Of a stretch of DNA of 64,000 nt, positions 37,272 through 47,553 are shown piece by piece; within the stretch, counting starts at the first letter, position 1, and the number at the start of each line of letters is the position of its first letter. The DNA comes from Zancudomyces culisetae HAW-14-8 (taxonomy: Eukaryota; Fungi; Kickxellomycota), in NCBI GenBank assembly GCA_052426225.1, contig JBNJNM010000021.1, positions 682,001 to 746,000 on the forward strand, in the 5' to 3' direction. The position numbers were made by a program, and so were the translations under genes. Below the pieces are notes generated by a model, which was not told the DNA's origin, did not search any database, and was given only the letters and a program-made list of their open reading frames with translations.

Positions 37272-40200
37272 ATGCTTGGTGAAAATCCTGACAGAGCTGT
37301 CGACCACAACCTCGATAGCCAGGGAGTTAAACGAAGAAAAAGCCGAGTCAAGAGGGAAAAACTGTTTAGTGACGATGATTCCTCTGGGGTTGATGTTGGA
37401 GAGCTAGAAAGCACAATAACCATTAAGGAATATATAGTAAACCTTATTATACAAGTATCAAACAAGCTATTCGGTGAAAAGAAGATTAAAATCCAAGAAA
37501 AAAGAAAAAAAATTGAAAAGATCAATGATTTTTTATTTATATGTGAGGTTGTATACCAAAGTATATTTAAGCTTTCAATAGATTTAGTTGATCCGCCTGT
37601 AAAAGTTAAAGAAAAAGGTATATATAATCAGTATGCTCTAGTTGTACAAAGGTACCTCAGTGATAGTACTGAAGTCGACAAGGAACAAGAGAAAAATGAT
37701 GCAGCAGGAGCGCAGGAACAAATTCGGCCAAAAAAGCTATCATTTGTAAGACGTGAAAGAACCCCCAGTGATCAGGCGATAGAGTACAGATATAATGAAA
37801 TGAGTGATTTTTTTGAGGAACTCAGCGCATCGGAGGAAGAAAGTGCACCTGAAATTGATAGAAATATGTATAAAAGCAGGACTGAGACGTTTGGAGAATA
37901 TGAGAAGCGCAAAGATACCGAATGGTACTCTCCCAGTTATATATTTTATAAACTAAAACAGGAAGGCTACACTTGCAGAACTTTGTTTCTTTTTGAAAAG
38001 CGTAGCTACATTAGAACTGCCGTGATAACCTTTTTTTCACTGAGGTAACGAAAAAAAAAAGATCAATTCTCTTTTTTTATTGAAAATAAGTACTATTAAA
38101 TTATACTTTAAACATGTAATCTATATACGATATAGAATTGTTCCAATAATGCACTTGTATCTTCTCATTAACCATGCCTTTTTCTTGGCAGTGTATCCGT
38201 CTCGAAACAAAGCTTCCAAATCTGCACTAGAAAATGTAGCATACAAAAGCGAGTTTGTAATTATGGGAGTATTTACGTAAGATTCGTTAGGTCTTTTATA
38301 ACATGCATATAGTTTAAAGATACTAGACATACTAACTACTTTTTAAAACCAAAAAATAGGATATTGCTTTTTCTGCGATGTATTGTTACTGGATTTATGT
38401 TTAGCCCAAATCAAAACACCTTTGTTTGGATCAGAGACACCTATAGCCGCGTAAAAAAGACAATTGTAGATATTTTTTATGGGGAAAAGGATAGTATTAT
38501 ACTTATCAATCAAGAACCAGAGGCCGAATACTACCATGGTCATGACAAAGAAGCATATAATTACGAAGAAACCCAGTTGTTGGATCAAACAGGACATATC
38601 GCTGTATCAAACGTACCAGTTTTACATAAATTCTTTGTGACTATCGACTTTATCTGTATATTCGTTTTCTGGGGATTACACTCGGGAGTAATGAATGAGG
38701 TATTTAAATACGAATATGCGATGGGAATACAACCGCTCATGTTTTTACGAGCATTCATGTTTAACAAAAGCTTCAGGGTAACAAAATTATTCAATAGTAT
38801 ATGCCATAATAGAAACTAAACCATTGAAATGGCACTAAGTGTAGTGAGGGATGTGTAACGAGTATAGTATTATGAAAACTACCAATTTATTATAAACAAC
38901 GAATAGGCATTGACAGGATCAGTATCTCAGTTGAAGGGTCTCTTAAAAAGAACAATACTTTTGTTTTTTACGTACTACTTCATATTTGCGTAAGTCGTTA
39001 ATAATGATATTTGTCAGTATTAAGTATTAACAAGAGTAAATCTTAATTACAACCCATAGCATCATAGGAACCTATTTTTTTGGTTCTACGTTTGATACAT
39101 ACTGCGTAGATAAAGGTAAGCCAAAACCCAACCCTTTTTTGTAATTTTTTTTGTCCTGGTGATGAAATTTTCTCTTATATTATTATCAAAAAAGGACTAA
39201 AACCTAGCACTAATGAGGATGTTGAATGTACCTATCAAAATAGTGTCTAACGATATTAGTAATCCATTGCAGAGTTGTAGTGGGCAGATTGTTGATAATC
39301 AGGTTGTCTCGTTTTATAATGAAGATGGTACACTAAGCGATATTCGACCTCTTGGCTTTATCTGTCCAGTTCATCAGAAATGTATAGTAAGTCTTTTTTT
39401 AGTGAATTTTAAAGCAAGTCTATGTAGATAAGCATAACTAGTACTTGCAGAGAAATACTTGAATCCAAAAAAAACACACATATGTATACAATGGTATAAT
39501 TAGGTTGTTCCAGAGGAGTTCAACGTATGGCTTTCATTCTCAAATACATATTCATCGTATTTGCTAGCATTTCTGATATCATCAAGTAAGAAACCATCTT
39601 TAAACTCTCATTCTTTATTTTTTTTTATCAAAATGCAAAAAAAGTAACAATAACAAAAAATAACATCATGTAAATATTGCTGACAGGTCAGGGGTTTTCG
39701 GATTTGATGTATCAAACTATTGATAAACACAGCATATTTGCGTCTGCATACTACTTTATCTGTGTAATTATTACACAGCTGTGGCTCACTGACACATTGG
39801 TTGCGGCAACGATAGAAGTTTTAAGCGTTTCTAAAGAAAATGAAGAAGCTAAAAGGAATAAAAAGTATGTGTTTATTTACAATATAATCCAATACATTAC
39901 AGTACAATACATTACCATCCATTTATTTATTTAACAATTTTTTACTAAATAATAGAGTGAAAAAAGGAGGACTAATGACAGTAATAAGCTATTATATCCA
40001 GAGTAAAAAGAACGAACTATTAATTGATCCTACCCAAACTCTTGCGCGCTCACTGGTGAAAAAAATTGAAAACAAGCACTTTACTATACGAAGTGGTATA
40101 AAAAATTTTGTGCTTCGGTCCATAATATTTATTATAGATCTACACGAAAATGATCAATTCTGGGGAGCACTTATTATAATAGAACTCGCGACCTGCTCAA

Positions 40201-43200
40201 TATTAAGCGATATTAGGTTTTCAGACTATAAAGCAGAAAGTAAGATTAATTTTATCGTTTTTATTGCGCTCACAATTAATACTAAACTCGCATTTAACTT
40301 TAAACTCTATCCTGTATCCTTTTTTATATTTTTTTACATTTTTTTAACATACTAGACAACAAAAATGTTGATATAATATAGGTTACATGATACGATATGC
40401 TATCAATGTACTTTTTATGATGGAATTCGTTGTCCATATGGTTAAATATGCCTACATTTATCGAAATGTGGATGGACGTCTTAAAAAGATATTTTTGATA
40501 ATGGACAGTGGTAGAGGAATACTTTGGAATTATTTTAATTATGGTACAACCGTAGCGAACTTTGTTATCCTGACATTTGGAATCAAATTTAGACGTGCAA
40601 GATATTCGTCGTTTTTCATATCGTCTCTGAAATTGTTTAGACTAGTTGGAAGTTCGGGAGTAATGAGTAAAATCAAGGTAAGTGTATTTACTTTTAGGAG
40701 AATAAATAAAGTGTGGGACAAAAAAAATTATCACTATATTTGTAACTCGGTAGCATACGGACGGGTATGAAGGCATAGTTTCACTAATCTCGACTACACT
40801 TGGGGTAATCTCTCTGGGAGCTTATACTGTAAGTCTTATACGTGATTTTGAATTAGCCTGGATTGGCTTGAATTCAACTTAAATTTGGTTTAAACCGTCT
40901 CCCAACATTTGCATTTATTAAACTTAGTTGCGGTTTGTTCATGGAACTCCAGTCAATGATGATCCGATATCGCTAGAATACCAATACTCGGATTACTCTA
41001 GTTTTTTTATATCGTGGATAATGGTTTTTCAATTGATTTCGGGATGTGATCTTTCTGTTGTCGTTGCTGAAAGCGGCGCTGGTATCAGTGAATTGGGGGT
41101 TATGGTGGTTACTTCTATCAAACTATTTCTGTATTTTATCACAAACTTTGTCCTACTAAACATGATTATAGCTTTGTTTATGAGCAGCTTCGAAACACCA
41201 GAAAAGTACAAAAAATATCTGCAGCTAGAAACGTATTATTCGAGTTTTGTACGCAAGATAAAGGAATACGAAAAATCGTCCTTCAAAAGGTAATATCTTT
41301 AACATCTCGACCTTGAACTTTTGTGACGCTTAAGCTTAGAGATATGGTTATATACTAGTTGGTATTTACCAATCGTATACATTTTCAATGCTAACTTTTC
41401 CTATCGTACCAGATATAATCAGTATTAATGTGAACAATAATGCAATATAGCAAATGGAATATTTACAATTACACCAAGAAAGGCCCAGTTCTAGTTACGA
41501 GCTCATACCTACCACTCAAATATTTATACCCAATCCCTGTGCAGCTTTTTGAAAGATATTTTTCGAAAAGTACCCTTGAAGCAAAGGAAAGCTTAAGGAT
41601 AAAGACGCTTAAAGCTAAAAAAAGCGAAGAAGGGATATCACTTTGGCAGAGATTCAAAAACTTACCAGGAGTTAGAAAGTTTTTTGAATGGGAGATGGAT
41701 TTTTTCAGCGAAAGCCTTAACGGTCAAACACAATCAAAAACCTTCAAGTGAGCCTATTTGATTAAATACTTATTCCTAACTATTTCAGTTTATTTTTTGA
41801 GTGAATGTTAATGTTAAAAAATCACTCGATACATGTAATTAGAATCGCCGAGGATAATGTCCAAAGATCTGCAAAAATTATGGGATCGATTATAAACTAC
41901 CAGGATGTATCTTTGATCGACTTTATGAAATGGAAATTCAATATCGAACACCCAAGCTACGAATATTCATTGTACATGTTTTCACCAAACAGCTATATCA
42001 GGAGAATCTGTATAGTTTTAGACATAGGTCCTGCCTATTTTCGAAAAAACAAGCTTCAAGAGCTAATACGAAGCGTCAAAAACGATGGTGATACTTGTTC
42101 GATATCTGGATATAGCGAAGAGGAGCATAATCTTAACGAATCGGTTATGAGCTTGATCAAATACCATTATCTCTGGAAAGCCATTAAAATTGCTGTTTTA
42201 GTCTACACAACCTATGTCCTAATCAAGGATATGCCTTTAAACCAGATAAAGAGACTAATAGTTGGTTCCAACCTATTGAGCCCAGAGCATAGAATTAGCA
42301 ACTATGTATGCTACTTTGTTTTTGCAACCGAAATGTTAATCCGGGCTGTCGCATATGGAGTTGTTTTTACTCCCGAACCTATGCTAAAAAAGCCAGTAGT
42401 GCTATTTGAGTTGATTCTATTAGCAATGCATGCCTTTTATATCAGAAAAATGATAGGCGATGCCAGCATTACCAACTACACATATGTAACGACAATTATG
42501 CTTCTAAGACTGGTCGATCAGGTTGAATTTATTCAAGACACGCTATATGCCATGTTTTTCTCAAATTTTATCGTTATAATGATGGCATTGCTGTCTTATT
42601 TAATTCTGATTCTACCACATGCTCTGGCAGCACAAGCTTTTTGGTCAGAGATGATTGAAAGCTGTAACGACACCAATTCTTCAAACATGCTTAGTTGTAT
42701 ATCTGTATATGAAGAGCCCAACTATGGTCTACTAGCTCCAAAAGTCTGGGAACCTCCTATGTACTTCAACTTTGATTCGCTAGCATCATCACTTTTTGCA
42801 ATGTTAGGGGCGCTCTCAAATGAAGGATGGTCTGATATGATGCGATCAACTATGGGTATAAAGTCGAGATTCGAAACATTTAAACCATATGCATCATGGT
42901 TTTATTTGATATGGTGGGTCGTTCTTGTGTTTTTTATGCTGTGTTATCTAATAACGCTGTTTTTGGGTATAGTTATTTCTGGGTACAACAGATTAAATGA
43001 AACAGAATATTTAACTGCCGAACAGAAAAGATGGAAAGAACTGGAAAAACAGATAAGAGCGATTAAACCAAAAGGACTTCCAAAACACTTTAACACGAAA
43101 GGGTTTAGAAAGACGTGTTATGAATTAGCTACAGAAAAAAACACGCTGTATACAAAGTTTATTAACGGTGTGATTATTGCAAACGCTGTGTACTTTGCGT

Positions 43201-44966
43201 TTGCAAACTATAAAAAACAAAAAACAAATACGCTTGAATCAATTATACACAAGAGTTTAATGTTTTCAATACTTTGGGCAGACATGTTTATAAAAATGGT
43301 TGGACTAGGTGTAATCCAGGCGCTATCATACACAGACAATCAAATCACACTATTTTTGACAGCTTCTGAAATTATATTTTCCTTTGTTGTGCCAAGTATA
43401 GGCTTCTCTGAGACCTCTTCTATCCTTTTTGTCTATAAGGTGCTTTTGATTTCAGATTCGCTGAATCAACTTGTTTTGACATTTAAACGGTCATTACGAG
43501 AAATTTCCAAATATGTGCTGAGCTGGCTGTTCTTTACGTTGTTGTATGCAGTGTTGTGTATGTCTATGTTCAGTTTAACTCGATTGGGAGCTCAGTTCAA
43601 CAACCACAGACATTTCAGAGACATACAAACCTCGTTTTCCACTTTGATCACATTTAGTTTTGGCGAAAACTGGAACTATAATCTTATCGAACTAACTGTA
43701 AAACCCCCTTACTGTGTTGATTTTAGACCATACTTGGATTTAAAGGACTGCGGCTCACCAGTTGCTGCGTACTTGATTCTTTGCTCATATAATCTGCTAT
43801 CGATGCACATTTTTTCAAGTTTGTGTGCTTGTGTAATTATCGAAAACTTTAGTCATCTGTACGTCTCCGAAACAAGAATTGATTTACTAACCAGATCGCA
43901 AATAAGGCAGCTAAGAATGGCATGGGCAATTTACGATCAAAAAGGCACTGGGTATATAAAAAAAGTTAACTTGATAAAGTTGATGAACGACCTCAGAGAT
44001 ATTTTTGATTCAAAACCATACTCAAAGGAGTATCACGTAAAAAATCTTGTAAAATATACATTGGCGCCTAGAAAAAACGATAGCGACGATATTGTGAAAG
44101 TAAAAGTCGAGTGCAAGCCCCCAGCTTCTAAAGAAGATGCCACATCCGATACCCGGAACCATGAAAAGCTATATAATATAAACCTTACACAACTGAATGC
44201 AGCAGTAAGCGGGTTAAACTCGCCCGAGGCAAAAGCACAAAGGGAGAGGTTCACAAAGATTATAAACATATTTAATACGCTCTACAAAAACAAAACACGA
44301 ATCAAGCTAAGCGATTTCCTTCATATAGTAGCAAGGGAGTGTCTCACAAGACCAGAAAACACATTAGAGTAAGTTTTACAGTTGCTTCTATATCATATTT
44401 GAATGCTAGTATATTCCAATAGCGAGTTTTTTTTTAATGATTGAGGTATTGATGCTATGTTGAAACTTAGAATTGAACAGGCTACGGAATATTACGAACT
44501 TATGCAACATACAAAAGAAGAAATACGCAAGGAAAAACTAAACGCACTACTAAAGTGTGCGATCAATAGACATAGATTTCTTAAACATTTATCTTCCATG
44601 GGGGTGGAGCCAAAAATGATGAGACGTATGGGCCAGAATGGCGTGAAAACCGAGAAGCAGCTTGAAACAGAACCTTTGGCATCATTTGAGAAGCAAATAG
44701 ACGCCTTTGAAATCTATAACTATAGCTCAGGCTCCGAAGAGTTGGATGATGATGAAAGCTATCATACTGCCCGAGATCTAGCCGCCAGGAGGTAAGACTT
44801 GTTATATTTCATATGCTAGCCATATTATTGATGATAATTCACTTTAATTTCTTTTTTTTTAAAAAAACAAAAAACTAGGAGTACATATGACAGAGAAGCA
44901 GAGGATCGTGCATTTACTGAAATGGAAGAATTGGTCAAAAAAATGAAAAAACAAAACGGATCGTAG
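37272..44966 (+). CDS. CCH1: Four-repeat voltage-gated-type cation channel alpha subunit, Cch1/NALCN-like, divergent, ~16 exons
   Basis: Multiple ORFs joined by GT-AG introns. Four pore loops: SSQGFSDLMY, ISGCDL, SNEGWSDMM, SFGENWNY. III-IV linker YLTAEQKRWKEL, DCGSPVAAY, IIENFS, and EF-hand-like WAIYDQKGTGYI. Orthology to CCH1 versus a paralogue is not established. Confidence 0.85.
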
Positions 44967-45862
44967 TCTTTAACCGGCAGAGGCGGTTTATGCTTTGTTT
45001 GCGCCTTTTACTTTGGCTTGTATATAGATTTTGTTATAAACTTTATCACCAAGCTTATATGTGTTATAATTTAATGTAATCAAATAAAAATTCAGATTAT
45101 TTTATTAGCTCGATATTTGAAGTTTGAAACCTTATCAACATGTTTCTGCAATAAGAGGCGAGTATCAATCAACAAATATGTATATATATGATGTTTGTAT
45201 ATTAGTCTAGCATTTGCTGCTGGTGCCAACTGTTTGTTACTACAAAAAAAAATAGCAAAGTTCAAATAAGATGAATCAGTTGTCCTGAATCGGAAAACAC
45301 ATGTCAGAAACAGGCAGATCCAATATGAAACACCATTTTGAGGTTATTTTTGAAAAGCTGTAAAACTACTTGTTTGGAGCTTTTCAAAAGCATAAATCTG
45401 TTTTTTTTTCGCCCTTTCACCTTATTGCTTTTGATAAGGGCGAATTAAATGAGAAAAAGGTGTGTGAGGTTTGGGTGAACATGAAAAAATAACAATAGCA
45501 ATTGGAAGAAATTACAAGCCTACAAACTGGTTTTAAACGAGTAACTGACATATAAAACAGAATTGATTTTACTCCTACATCTTGTATTTGCAATATTAAA
45601 AACTGCGAAACAACAGATACAGCTGGCACTCTAAGCGTAGTACTTAACATTCCAGACCAAGGTAAGTTGCTTAAATGCAACCACAACACTATTGTTCAAG
45701 AGCTTTAAGGCACACACACATATATATGTGTATATGCTGAAGACGCTTCACTATGCAAATTATGGAGTTTCAAGTATTAATTATTGGTACTTTGTAAATA
45801 AAACAAACCAAAGAACATTAATAGGTATTTAAATAAGAAAACAGAACAACAAAAAACTAATC

Positions 45863-47143
45863 ATGGCACCAGTCAGTGGTAAGAGGCCTTTTTTTTTCGT
45901 ATTTACTTGGGACCTAGTCCCTAGAGAAAACCCTTTGGGCACGATACTTAGTTTCGAAAACCGATAGAAAACTCGGTAGCCCTCACAAAGTTACTATTCT
46001 AAACACATTTATTAACTATATTTAGAACATCAATATAATACAATTTTGGTTGAACGAGTGGGAAGAGTAGGTATTATAACTCTAAACAGACCAAAAGCGC
46101 TAAATGCGTTATGTGGCGAACTGACGACGGAAATGCTCGACCAACTAGTGAAGTTCGATGCGGACATCAATATCGGGGCAGTGATCATTACTGGTGGAAG
46201 TAAAGTCTTTGCAGGTAATTAACCTTTATAATAACTAGTCATATATATGTACAGATCTTATGACCGAGCCTTTGTAAATATAAAGTGAGAAAATATACAA
46301 GGAAGTATGATGGGCATGTGACGCTTTTTGTTAAAAGAAAACCCAACCTCTTTTTTTTTAATGAAAAACTAAACAATTCTTCCAGCTCGCTCTTCCTCCT
46401 ACTATTATATTTTTTAATTTGATAACTAATGAATGTATTATTTCTACGCTAATAGCTGGAGCTGACATCAAGGAATTTGAGGGAAAGGGAATGGTGGATT
46501 TGATGAACAAGGACTCACTCAACTGGACTCTTGGGTTTAAGAATATCAGAAAGCCAATAATTGCAGTTGTTAACGGCTATGCCGTAAGTATTCGCCGTTT
46601 AATAAACAATTTTATCAATATGTAGATGAGTTTTGGGTAAATTGATTGCAAATACAAACACAATGTTGAAAATGAAAATAGCTTGGAGGAGGTTGTGAAT
46701 TGGCAATGATGTGTGACATGATATATGCTGGCGAATCAGCAGTGTTTGGACAGCCAGAGATCAAATTGGGAATAATTCCAGGAGCGGGAGGAACACAGAG
46801 ATTGGTAAAAGCGGTAGGGAAGTCGAAGGCAATGGAAATATGCTTAACAGGAACAGTAAATATGAAGGCACAAGAAGCGTTGCAATTCGGACTTGTTAGT
46901 TCGGTTCATCCAGTTGAAAAAGTCATGCAAGCTGCATTGAAGACAGCAACTATAATCGCATCTCAGAGCCAGCCGGTAATTTCATTGATAAAGGCATCGA
47001 TTAACAACAGCTTTGAAGTGTCACTTCAAGCAGGGCTTGATTACGAAAGGAAGGCTATACAGATGGCATTTGGAACCAAGGATAAGATCGAAGGTGTTAA
47101 AGCTTTTATTGAAAAGCGAAAGCCACTTTTCAGCCATTTGTAG
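45863..47143 (+). CDS. Enoyl-CoA hydratase (crotonase, ECHS1-like), 264 aa, 4 exons
   Basis: Exons 45863-45878, 46026-46214, 46456-46583 and 46682-47143. Motifs LNRPKALNAL, FAAGADIKE, AVVNGYALGGGCE, FGQPEIKLGIIPGAGGTQRL; ends in SHL. Confidence 0.93.
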
Positions 47144-47553
47144 CTGCGTATATTTACAAAAATAGCATTTCTCTGTTTTTCTTTCCGCCAAAAGTAAAAA
47201 TAAAGTTATGTTTGTGAGATTATGAAACATGGTAATGGAGCAAGAAGAAATAATAGGAGGAAGGAGTAGAAGAGAAGGAGAATCTGGACACTTGTTTGTC
47301 AGAGTCGAGTTCCAGGTCTATGGTTCGCAACCGATAAAGTCGACTCCATTTATCCTTCAAGCTTATAATTGAGCAACCTCCGGTGTATAGAGAAAAAGTG
47401 TGTAACTATAAAAAGGTATGTATAAAGGGTTTAAATCGCAGTACTGTAACGATAAAATGCTTCGTAAGCGGAAAAAAAAATAAAGAGCAAACGTTTTTGA
47501 TCAAAGCTTAACAAGTAGATATAAATAAAGGGATTGATTGTTGAAGGATAAAC

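Noticed and set aside
37272-44966. U12/AT-AC introns in the channel gene, as in animal Cav/Nav genes
   Set aside because: All donors I traced are U2-type (GTAAGT, GTAAGA, GTATGT, GTAACR, GTGAGC); no RTATCCTT at a junction.
45002-45012. CGCCTTTTACT matching U5 snRNA loop I
   Set aside because: Flanks do not form the U5 stem and there is no Sm site; it lies in the channel 3' UTR.
45916-45929. 14-mer AGTCCCTAGAGAAA shared with 22946-22959, and small hairpins in ECH intron 1
   Set aside because: Distant 14-mer matches are expected by chance in 64 kb; the first hairpin is too short for an H/ACA snoRNA.
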